In this document: in pieces, positions 51,554 to 60,195 of the stretch
Layout: the number at the start of each line of letters is the position of its first letter
How positions within the stretch are numbered: the stretch's first letter is position 1
Origin: an uncultured Ignavibacteriales bacterium
Lineage (GTDB): Bacteria > Bacteroidota > Ignavibacteria > Ignavibacteriales > Ignavibacteriaceae
Direction of reading: 5' to 3'
Length of the DNA: 64,000 bases
NCBI GenBank assembly: GCA_903929035.1
Contig: CAIYTF010000084.1
Location: forward strand, 13,938 to 77,937
Position numbers and translations under genes: made by a program
The notes under the pieces: model-generated
Told to the model about the DNA's origin: nothing
Database searches by the model: none
What the model saw: only the letters and a program-made list of their open reading frames with translations

Positions 51554-52894
51554 ATGACAGATTATTCACGTAAATTTATTTTAGATGTAAAAGCAAAAAA
51601 CCCAAACGAATTAGAGTTTTTGCAGGCAGTTGAAGAAGTTGTCGAATCATTGGATGTTGTTTTACACAAGCACCCTGAATATCGATCGGCAAAAATACTT
51701 GAGAGAATGGTTGAACCGGAGCGTGTTCTAATGTTCCGAGTTCCCTGGACAGATGATAAAGGAGAAATTCATATCAACCGCGGTTACAGAATTCAAATGA
51801 ACAGTGCCATAGGACCTTATAAAGGCGGACTTCGTTTTCACCCTACTGTTACGCTGAGCATATTGAAATTTTTGGCTTTTGAGCAGGTAATTAAAAACAG
51901 CTTAACAACATTGCCAATGGGAGGTGGAAAAGGTGGTTCCGATTTTGATCCTAAGCACAAGAGCGATGCGGAAGTAATGCGTTTTTGTCAAAGTTTTATG
52001 AGCGAACTTTATCGTCATATCGGCCCAAATACAGACGTTCCCGCTGGTGATATTGGCGTTGGAGAACGTGAAATCGGATTCTTGTTTGGACAATATAAAA
52101 GATTGAAGAACGAGTATGGCGGTGTATTAACAGGTAAAGGTATGAATTGGGGCGGTTCATTTGTGCGTCCGGAAGCTACTGGTTTTGGAGCCACTTATTT
52201 TGCTCAAGAAATGTTAAAAGCCAAAGGCAGGGACATTGAAGGAAAAGTTTTCTCCCTATCCGGCTATGGAAATGTCGCTTGGGGTGCCGCGTTAAAAATC
52301 ACCGAACTTGGCGGCAAAGTGGTCACTCTTTCAGGACACGATGGTTTTATCTATGATAAACACGGTGTCAAAGGCGAAAAAATAGAATATTTGCTCAAAC
52401 TTCGATCAAGTGCAGATGGCAACATAAAAGATTATGCCAATAAATATAAAGTAGATTACTTCCCGGGCAAACGTCCTTGGGGTGTGAAAGTTGATGTTGC
52501 TATGCCTTGTGCCACTCAAAATGAAATTGAAACGGAAGACGCGAAAGAACTCGTGAAAAACGGTTGTATGTGCGTTGTCGAAGCATCAAATATGCCTACA
52601 AGTTTGGAGGCTTATCATATTTTAAGAGAAGCGGAAATTTTATTCGCTCCCGGCAAAGCTTCCAACGCGGGGGGTGTCGCGACAAGTGGTTTGGAAATGT
52701 CACAAAATAGTATGCGCCTTCATTGGTCGCGGGAGGAAGTTGACAAAAAATTGAGGGAGATAATGCAAAGTATTCACAATACTTGTTTAACAACTGCTGA
52801 AAGATTCGGTGTTCCCGGAGACTACGTTGCCGGCGCAAACATTGCAGGATTCCTCAAAGTAGCAGACTCAATGCTTGATCAAGGATTGGTATAA
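51554..52894 (+). CDS. gdhA: Glutamate dehydrogenase (NADP-type family)
   Basis: GPYKGGLRFHP, LPMGGGKGG, DVPAGDIG, RPEATG. Confidence 0.96.
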   Translation: MTDYSRKFILDVKAKNPNELEFLQAVEEVVESLDVVLHKHPEYRSAKILERMVEPERVLMFRVPWTDDKGEIHINRGYRIQMNSAIGPYKGGLRFHPTVTLSILKFLAFEQVIKNSLTTLPMGGGKGGSDFDPKHKSDAEVMRFCQSFMSELYRHIGPNTDVPAGDIGVGEREIGFLFGQYKRLKNEYGGVLTGKGMNWGGSFVRPEATGFGATYFAQEMLKAKGRDIEGKVFSLSGYGNVAWGAALKITELGGKVVTLSGHDGFIYDKHGVKGEKIEYLLKLRSSADGNIKDYANKYKVDYFPGKRPWGVKVDVAMPCATQNEIETEDAKELVKNGCMCVVEASNMPTSLEAYHILREAEILFAPGKASNAGGVATSGLEMSQNSMRLHWSREEVDKKLREIMQSIHNTCLTTAERFGVPGDYVAGANIAGFLKVADSMLDQGLV

Positions 52895-52980
52895 TTATTT
52901 GTACCCGATATATTAGCGTGTGATATTTTTTTCCTAATAGCAAAATATTACATTAACTATAAAGTAGATAAATTTGGAAA

Positions 52981-53224
52981 GCCGCCAACAAATGCGGTGT
53001 ACGACTAATTGTCCCGAATTTTGATTGCCGTTCGTTGAGCGGATCCTAAACGGCTGCATAGCGCGGGAGGGTTTTGGTTCTGCTCAACAAACAATACTTG
53101 TTAAGGACTTGTTCAGAAATAACATTAACAATTTCTCAGGCGAAGACCGCGAAGGGTTTTATGTTGGAAGAATTAAAGATTATTTCTTTTACAAGGACTA
53201 AGGCAAATTTGTCGTACACCCAAA
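52981..53224 (+). repeat. Long hairpin repeat (attC-like) interrupted by a MITE
   Basis: GGTGTACGAC (52996) / GTCGTACACC (53211) and GTTGAGCGGA / TCTGCTCAAC inverted repeats; preceded by GCCGCCAAC; homologous to 39887-39981. Confidence 0.7.
53105..53198 (+). mobile_element. ~94-bp MITE-like element, copy 2
   Basis: Flanked by TAA...TAA; the homologous empty site at 39951-39970 has a single TAA. Confidence 0.85.
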
Positions 53225-53378
53225 GGGTGCTGTTCTATTGTTCGCGTGATAACAAAAACAATAGAAAAAGTATTCCCAAAAACTAAACAATTTGTTTTAT
53301 ATTTCGATAATGAAGTTTAAATCTATTAATTTTTCATAATATGCTATTTTAATTTTAATAATCAATAGGAATAGAGAA

Positions 53379-55379
53379 ATGGGACAATTTTCAATTGCAA
53401 GACGAATAAATTATTTACTTGGTTTAGTCCTATTTTGTTCGCTTGGAATAATTTTTTTTCTCCTTCTAACAAAGGAAGAGACATTAAAAGTAGAAGTAAC
53501 TAAAGAGAATGTCCACGAACTTTCTGAGATATTGAGAGAATCAATAATGTTTTCAATGGCAGGGGGGGTTCCTGATGTGACTCCATTGATTCGGCAAATA
53601 CAAAAAATAAAGAATATCCGCGAATTAAGGGTAACTCCAACCAACCTTATTCGTCCAAACAGTGAATTAAAACTTGACGGGCAAGAAATTGAAGTTCTTA
53701 ATTCGCGAAAACTAAAATTTTTTAATGAAATCTACAAGGGTGAAGAAGTTTTAACTTCTATTGAGTTGCTCTCATCAAATGAAACCTGCACATCCTGCCA
53801 CGAATCAGTAACAGGTGATCCACTTGCAGTTGTAAGCATCCGCTATACTATGGCAGAAACCTACGCGACAATTGCCTCGCAGCGTCTTGAAGCAATTCTA
53901 CTGGGTATAATTGCTCTATTGGTTGTCTTCTTCCTGATTAAATATTTTATTAAAAAATATATCCTGCACGATCTTGATCGAACGGTTGCGGCACTTGATA
54001 AACTTTCTGTCGGAGACATTTCCGAAGAGATTACAACTGACCGTAATGATGAAATGGGCAAACTTCTAAACTCGCTCCAGTCCCTTCAACGCGGGTTGAA
54101 AAATCAGGCTGACGCCATTTTAAGAATAGCAAATGGAGACCTCACTTCTGATATTCAGCTGCTTTCTCAAAAGGATGTTTTAGGCAAAGCAATGCAAACC
54201 GTGAAGCATAATCTTTCGAAATTGGTGGATGATACAGCTATGCTGTGTGCCGCGGCTATTAACGGCGATTTAGGGAAGCGTGCCGATGTCAGCAGACAGA
54301 AGGGTGATTACCAAAAAATCGTACACGGTATAAATGACATTTTGGAAGCAGTTATAAATCCGATTAAGGACGGTGCGACAGTACTCGCGTTTATGGCTGA
54401 TGGTGATTTTACTCAAAATATATCCGGCGAATATAAGGGGGATCATAAACTTATAATAAATAGTATTAATAAACTGCATAGCTCACTTTCTAAATTAATA
54501 GCTAACGTGCAGGATGCCGTTGATGCTACTGCAAGTGCCAGCGCGCAAATATCTTCAAGTGCCGAGGAAATGGCTTCCGGTGCTCAATTGCAATCAACAC
54601 AAGCATCAGAGGTTGCAGCAGCAGTCGAAGAGATGACCAAAACCATCTTTGAAACTACAAAAAGTACTTCTGTTGCATCAGAAACTGCCAAAAAATCCGG
54701 TAAAATGGCTAAAGAAGGAGTTGGTGTAGTTACTCAAACTATTACCGGAATGAACAGGATTGCTGACGTGGTATCTAAATCTGCTGATACTGTTTTTGCT
54801 TTGGGTCAAAGCAGCGACAAAATCGGTGAAATTGTTCAGGTTATTGATGATATTGCCGATCAAACTAATCTTCTGGCTTTAAATGCCGCTATTGAAGCTG
54901 CCCGCGCAGGTGAACAAGGAAGGGGTTTTGCCGTGGTTGCTGATGAAGTGAGGAAACTTGCAGAGCGAACAACCAAAGCAACCAAAGAAATTGCCTCGAT
55001 GATAAAACAAATTCAGAAAGATACTGATAGTGCTGTTGAGTCAATAAGAGAAGGTAAGGATGAAGTTGAGGCTGGAAAAAAACTTGCTACCGAAGCCGGA
55101 AAAGCCCTTGAAGAAATCGCTTCTGGAACACAAAAGGTTACCGATATTATTGTCCAGGTAGCCGCAACCGGTGAAGAACAGTCTGCAACCTCCGAACAAA
55201 TTAGCAAAAGCATTGATGGTATCAGCAATGTTACCAGAGAAACAGCCGGGGGAATTGAGCAAATGGCAAGGTCTGCCGAAGACTTGAACCGATTAACTAC
55301 AAATTTACAGGATTTACTGAGTACATTTATCATAAAAAAACAAGATACCAAATATCTCAAAATAGATCTGGGGCGGTAA
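53379..55379 (+). CDS. Methyl-accepting chemotaxis protein with periplasmic c-type heme motif
   Basis: Two TM helices flanking a domain with CTSCH; HAMP repeats; [34 protein letters not shown]. Confidence 0.95.
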   Translation: MGQFSIARRINYLLGLVLFCSLGIIFFLLLTKEETLKVEVTKENVHELSEILRESIMFSMAGGVPDVTPLIRQIQKIKNIRELRVTPTNLIRPNSELKLDGQEIEVLNSRKLKFFNEIYKGEEVLTSIELLSSNETCTSCHESVTGDPLAVVSIRYTMAETYATIASQRLEAILLGIIALLVVFFLIKYFIKKYILHDLDRTVAALDKLSVGDISEEITTDRNDEMGKLLNSLQSLQRGLKNQADAILRIANGDLTSDIQLLSQKDVLGKAMQTVKHNLSKLVDDTAMLCAAAINGDLGKRADVSRQKGDYQKIVHGINDILEAVINPIKDGATVLAFMADGDFTQNISGEYKGDHKLIINSINKLHSSLSKLIANVQDAVDATASASAQISSSAEEMASGAQLQSTQASEVAAAVEEMTKTIFETTKSTSVASETAKKSGKMAKEGVGVVTQTITGMNRIADVVSKSADTVFALGQSSDKIGEIVQVIDDIADQTNLLALNAAIEAARAGEQGRGFAVVADEVRKLAERTTKATKEIASMIKQIQKDTDSAVESIREGKDEVEAGKKLATEAGKALEEIASGTQKVTDIIVQVAATGEEQSATSEQISKSIDGISNVTRETAGGIEQMARSAEDLNRLTTNLQDLLSTFIIKKQDTKYLKIDLGR

Positions 55380-55431
55380 CTCTTTGATTTAGCCTTTGAA
55401 AGCAGTCCTAAATTAGAGTTTGTCTGCAATT

Positions 55432-55555
55432 CATAGCACGGTAAACCGCGATCAAAAAAGTTTAAAAGTCGGAATGTTTTTTTGTGCCTGTAACTAACTA
55501 TTATACTGTAAGTTATACGAACACCACAAAATATATTGACATAAAAAATAAAGAT
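55432..55555 (-). repeat. 124-bp dispersed intergenic repeat, copy 2 (inverted)
   Basis: Reverse complement of 43897-44020. Confidence 0.9.
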
Positions 55556-55723
55556 TTACATTGTAATACTATAATATCGAATTTCCATTGATTGCAAGCC
55601 GGCAAATAGAGTTTATCTTTTTCAGATAAATTATTAAAGAAAAGTATGATGGACTTTTCAATTGTTATGACTTATTTTTAATTCATTTATTACCGGTTAG
55701 GATACCAAAACAGGTACATAATT

Positions 55724-56599
55724 CTAATGATTAATATCGGTTAGCATATCGTATGTTTCAGGGCGGCGGTCTCTATAGAACTGCCATATATTACGCACTT
55801 CCAATATTTCATCAAGGTTCAAATCGGCGGTTACTATTTCATCTTTATCCCGGCTTGCTTCCGCGATAATTTTTCCGCGCGGAGAACAGAAATAACTTTG
55901 TCCAAAAAATTCTCCTATGTTCCAAGGGGCTTCTATTCCAACACGGTTAATTGCACCGACAAAATACCCGTTAGCAACCGCGTGTGCAGGCTGCTCCAGC
56001 TTCCAGAGGTATTCAGCGAGGCCCGCGACAGTTGCGGATGGATTAAAAACTATTTCAGCACCGTTTAAGCCAAGTACGCGGGCACCTTCAGGAAAGTGGC
56101 GGTCATAGCAAATATATACGCCTATATCCGCGTAAGCAGTTTTGAACACAGGGTATCCGAGAGTACCCGGTTTAAAATAGAACTTTTCCCAGAAACCCGG
56201 CTCACAATGAGGAAGGTGATGCTTGCGGTATTTGCCAAGATATTTGCCGTCAGCATCGATAACTGCCGCGGTATTGTAATTTACTCCGGTAATTTCTTCT
56301 TCATAGATAGGGACAATAATAACCATACTATGTTTTTTGGCAAGTTCCTGCATTAATTTAATGGTTGGCCCATCAGGGATTCGTTCAACAAGCGAGTACC
56401 ATTTTGTTTTTTGTTCCGCGCAAAAATAGGGACCAAAAAATAATTCCTGCAGACATAAAATTTGAACCCCTTTTTTTGCAGCTTCTTCAATCATTATGAT
56501 ATGCTTATCAATCATCGATTGTTTCACTTCCATAATTGGTCTTTCGGAAGATATTGAAAGGTTTGCCTGAATCAATCCGCCTTTAACTATTCGAGACAT
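55724..56599 (-). CDS. Nitrilase-superfamily C-N hydrolase (beta-ureidopropionase-like)
   Basis: Catalytic triad motifs CLQELF, YRKHH, ICYDRHFPE; FWEKFYF. Confidence 0.88.
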   Translation of the reverse strand: MSRIVKGGLIQANLSISSERPIMEVKQSMIDKHIIMIEEAAKKGVQILCLQELFFGPYFCAEQKTKWYSLVERIPDGPTIKLMQELAKKHSMVIIVPIYEEEITGVNYNTAAVIDADGKYLGKYRKHHLPHCEPGFWEKFYFKPGTLGYPVFKTAYADIGVYICYDRHFPEGARVLGLNGAEIVFNPSATVAGLAEYLWKLEQPAHAVANGYFVGAINRVGIEAPWNIGEFFGQSYFCSPRGKIIAEASRDKDEIVTADLNLDEILEVRNIWQFYRDRRPETYDMLTDINH

Positions 56600-56652
56600 A
56601 ATAACTCCATTTTAATACTGAAAACACGGCTATTCCGCTCAAAATTTCCCAT

Positions 56653-57384
56653 CTATTTAATTTCAAACGACGCGTTCACCACCGCTGTTATTTCTTTTTC
56701 AACAGATGAGACATCATTAATTCCGGAGTCTGAAATCGCGTTGGAGTTTTTGGGAGTTATCTGCAGCACTCCCATTCGCGCATTTCTCAATACACCAATC
56801 TTCGAGTTGGATGCTTCTGCAATTTTTGTTGCTCTAATATAGGCATCTTTTGCTGCCTCTGCCTGAATTTCAATTTTTAATTTAGCTATTTTTGTAAAAT
56901 AATATTCAGGTTGATCAACAGTAAAATTTACTCCTTTTTCAACAATTGATGAAATATCCAAAGAGATATTTTTGATTTTTTGGCAGTCTTCCGATTGAAT
57001 TTCAAATCGCTGAGAATAATTATATCCGACCACATTATTTGTCATCGCGCCTGAAGGAGTGAGTTCATAAACACTATTGCTTACCACTGCATTGAGTACA
57101 ACTTTATCCTTTGGGAAACCTTGTTTTGCAAGATAGTCATACAGAGCAGGCTTTTGTGCTTCTAATTTGCGAAAAGCATCGGCAGCCCCCGATGATGTAG
57201 AGTTTATAGTTCCGCGTAAAATTGCAAAGTCCGAAATGATGTCGCGTTTAGCCGAGCCTGTTACCGTGATTGTTTCATTGGAACTCGTGTGATTTCGCCA
57301 CGCGCTATTCATAATTATGCCGACAATGATAAAACCGGCTGCAATAATACTTGCAGAAATAATAAGAGGATTTTTTTCTTGCAT
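56653..57384 (-). CDS. SIMPL (DUF541) domain protein
   Basis: N-terminal TM; ITVTGSA; DA..RA..IA; ARMGVLQIT. Confidence 0.85.
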   Translation of the reverse strand: MQEKNPLIISASIIAAGFIIVGIIMNSAWRNHTSSNETITVTGSAKRDIISDFAILRGTINSTSSGAADAFRKLEAQKPALYDYLAKQGFPKDKVVLNAVVSNSVYELTPSGAMTNNVVGYNYSQRFEIQSEDCQKIKNISLDISSIVEKGVNFTVDQPEYYFTKIAKLKIEIQAEAAKDAYIRATKIAEASNSKIGVLRNARMGVLQITPKNSNAISDSGINDVSSVEKEITAVVNASFEIK

Positions 57385-57446
57385 ATAAATCTTTTCTAAA
57401 TTGTTAAGTATAAAATTATAAAATTATCAGTAATTTTTAAAATGGT

Positions 57447-57686
57447 GTAACTGTTTAGGTCAAAAAAACCGTGTATATTTTTTCCCGTTAGAGCCTGTCC
57501 CGTTTCGCGGGAGAATTTATGTTTGTAGAAAACAGCCCCGTACGGCACGATTTCCCGTATGGGAATATATGTTGCATTGATACCAAACAACATATATTTC
57601 CATACGGAAAAACGAAATACAGGGGGCTATGTGTTTTCTACAAACATTTTTCTCCTAACGGAGAATTAGAGAACCTAAACAGTTAC
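57447..57686. mobile_element. 240-bp nested palindromic element (MITE/REPIN-like)
   Basis: Perfect 14-bp outer IR GTAACTGTTTAGGT/ACCTAAACAGTTAC; perfect 15-bp inner IR 57519-57533/57633-57647; near-perfect 24-bp IR 57551-57574/57588-57611. Confidence 0.8.
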
Positions 57687-57791
57687 GAGATGGTTTAGAA
57701 AATCGGACATAATTCACTTAAATATCCGGAGAAAAAACATTTGCAAGTATCAGTATACTCATTTATTATACTGTTAAGACCTTAAAAGCAT

Positions 57792-58991
57792 CTAACACCC
57801 TCCCAAAACTCTGTTTTTGGCTTTCTTAACGCCGCTTCCCGCCTGCTTTTGCTTAAATTCCTTAATCAGCAGCGGCAATGCAATACTTGCCTGTGTCCTG
57901 AATCGGTGAGTATCTATTTCCTGCCTGTCTTGTCCCTCTATCGATTTTGGAACTTCAAACATATCTTTTTTAAATTGGTTTAATCCGCCCTTTAATACCA
58001 ACAATCCTTTAAAGCCTAACTGCTCGGCAATCAAGGCTCCTTTTGCTGCAGTCTGTTCATCATCTGCAATAAAAACATTTCTTGTATTCTTCAGCAATAG
58101 TAATTTATTCGCGTCTTTTTCAAAGAGGCTTTCCTTCGTAACACGTATAGACCGCGGCAGCGGCATTGCATCAAAAGATTTCTGGTCGCGAAGATCAAAT
58201 ATTTGTAAATCCTTGTCGTTATCCATTAATCTGAAAGCCAGTTCATCGCTTGTTATGAATTCAACTTTTCGCGATGCCGCGATTTCACTATCAGATGATT
58301 TCTTGATAATGGACTCTTTTCTATCAGGCATAATAAATGCGGATAAACCAATTACCATTGCAATAGCAGTTAATCCGGCATAGAGCGGCTTAGCGTTAAG
58401 TTCAGGGTTAGGCTTGCCGTTTACTTTATTTTCGATCAATGTCACAGCCCAAAAAGCTCCGACTGCAAAAGCGATTAAAAGAAATGCAAACAGTGACTGC
58501 GATACACCCATCACATCGAATATTTTCACGCTGCCCCAATTTGCCGCTTTATATAAACCTTCGAAAAGCGGATATCCTTCTGCAAATATCAGCACGCCAA
58601 TAAAAGAGCCGGCAATGAAAATCATCGCGTCAATTTTACCGATTGCAGCTGCACAAACACTCGTGCCGGGACAATAACCGCCGACAACAAACCCGATTCC
58701 CATTATTAACCCGCCAACCAAAGCAGACCATAAGAATGTAGGGTTTACATAGACTAACGATATATCAATTAATCCGAAATGATTCAGCGCGACAACGCCA
58801 ATCATAGCAGTAACTCCGGCTGTGAAGAACACCCGTAACACGGTAAAATCGTAGCCATAAAACAAACCAACTAACTTTTTAGAAGTCGAAAATCCGGCTT
58901 GTTCAAGTATAAATCCAAAGGCAATTCCGATAAAAAGCGCGGCAACAAAATTCAGTTCATTGCCGATAATTTCAGGTACTAACGGTCCCAT
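57792..58991 (-). CDS. YeeE/YedE sulfur-transport membrane protein fused to a rhodanese-like domain, C-terminal GGC
   Basis: GFILEQAGF, GGYCPGTS; rhodanese-like IFDLR...GFKGLLVLKGG; likely start MGPLVP at 58991 (the track start overlaps the upstream gene). Confidence 0.85.
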   Translation of the reverse strand: MGPLVPEIIGNELNFVAALFIGIAFGFILEQAGFSTSKKLVGLFYGYDFTVLRVFFTAGVTAMIGVVALNHFGLIDISLVYVNPTFLWSALVGGLIMGIGFVVGGYCPGTSVCAAAIGKIDAMIFIAGSFIGVLIFAEGYPLFEGLYKAANWGSVKIFDVMGVSQSLFAFLLIAFAVGAFWAVTLIENKVNGKPNPELNAKPLYAGLTAIAMVIGLSAFIMPDRKESIIKKSSDSEIAASRKVEFITSDELAFRLMDNDKDLQIFDLRDQKSFDAMPLPRSIRVTKESLFEKDANKLLLLKNTRNVFIADDEQTAAKGALIAEQLGFKGLLVLKGGLNQFKKDMFEVPKSIEGQDRQEIDTHRFRTQASIALPLLIKEFKQKQAGSGVKKAKNRVLGGC

Positions 58992-59005
58992 AATAATTTC
59001 CTTTC

Positions 59006-59521
59006 TTATATCCACAGTTTTCTGAAAAAATAGGCAAAGGCATACGCACCGCCAAAAATAGCCAGCATAGTAATAATTCCGCCAAAGGAGAGAACTGCCA
59101 TACCGCTCAATGCAGCTCCGCTGGTACATCCTCTGCCGAGCTGCGCGCCAAACCCAAATAACAAACCGCCTATTGCAGCCCCTGCAATCCGAGTTCCATT
59201 CATAATCTTCGGTGATTTTTCCATTGTAAACTTCAATCGGTTTGAAATCAAACCGGAAACAAACGCCCCAATTACAACGCCAATAACTTCAAACACTAAC
59301 CAGTTTTTCAGCGGGTTGCCGGGGTGTTCTTCAGTATATTCCGTATAAAACTTTGTATTGTTTGTATGGGCGGGGGCAACCGTTTCAACCGCGGCAACAA
59401 CAGCACTTTTAACCGCGCCGCTCGCGCCTAAACCTCTTCCTGTAATAAAAATTGTTGCCAATAATATTAAGCCGAGGAAAAATCCGGCTAAATATGGATT
59501 CATATATTTTGTTTCATTCAT
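59006..59521 (-). CDS. YeeE/YedE sulfur-transport membrane protein
   Basis: YMNPYLAG, GLGASG, GAQLGRGCTSG motif. Confidence 0.88.
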   Translation of the reverse strand: MNETKYMNPYLAGFFLGLILLATIFITGRGLGASGAVKSAVVAAVETVAPAHTNNTKFYTEYTEEHPGNPLKNWLVFEVIGVVIGAFVSGLISNRLKFTMEKSPKIMNGTRIAGAAIGGLLFGFGAQLGRGCTSGAALSGMAVLSFGGIITMLAIFGGAYAFAYFFRKLWI

Positions 59522-60195
59522 TTGGAAACCTCAATTCCGGAATTTTGTGTTTTGCTGCTGTTAGAATTATTCGTTTTCTCGTTATCGGCATCTTCAAATT
59601 CTTCGTAACCCGTAATCATTGCTTTCAAATTAGAGGTTATGTCCGCACCTGTTGTAACCAGATACAAGTGTACAACAATAAACGAAAGCAGCATAAATGC
59701 CCCTGCTGTATGAAAAACTGCAATCCCTTCTATTGAATCAATATTCAACCCGACAATGGCTCCTTTTTGCGGATAGCGATAAAACATATACAGCAAACCG
59801 GAAATTACCATTGCAGGAATAACAAGAATCTTCAGTGAAAAATAAACTAATTTTTGCAGCGGATTAAGTTTACTCAGCACTGTCTTTTTTGTCGGATGGG
59901 GTTCATTCCTGAACATCCCGATTAAATAATAATTTATCTGTGCCATCATATTTTCCCCTGTTGGTAAATACTGCCGCCATTCGCCTGTGGCAAAGTGCCA
60001 AAAGATTGCAAATACTATTAATATCATAAACGCGTAAGCCGCGGCATTATGATATTTCACCGCGTTAGCATATCCGAAAAAAGTGATAGAACCGTGAATT
60101 TCAAATCCTGTCACCGCCATAAAAAATATGATTATTGCCTGCATCCAATGCCAGAAGCGTTCAAAAGCTCTATAGATATATACTTTATGTTTCAT
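59518..60195 (-). CDS. Di-heme cytochrome b (PhsC/YdhU-like)
   Basis: ERFWHW.QA, GFEIHG, KLNPLQKL.Y, conserved His in TM helices, AMITG. Confidence 0.88.
   Translation of the reverse strand: MKHKVYIYRAFERFWHWMQAIIIFFMAVTGFEIHGSITFFGYANAVKYHNAAAYAFMILIVFAIFWHFATGEWRQYLPTGENMMAQINYYLIGMFRNEPHPTKKTVLSKLNPLQKLVYFSLKILVIPAMVISGLLYMFYRYPQKGAIVGLNIDSIEGIAVFHTAGAFMLLSFIVVHLYLVTTGADITSNLKAMITGYEEFEDADNEKTNNSNSSKTQNSGIEVSK

Noticed and set aside
53074..53286. 70-aa ORF between gdhA and the MCP
   Set aside because: Runs across the attC-like repeat and the MITE; likely a chance frame
57396..57593. 65-aa ORF upstream of SIMPL
   Set aside because: Lies largely within the 240-bp palindromic element; no protein features
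57792..57800. Selenocysteine read-through after the terminal GGC
   Set aside because: Stop codon is TAG, not TGA
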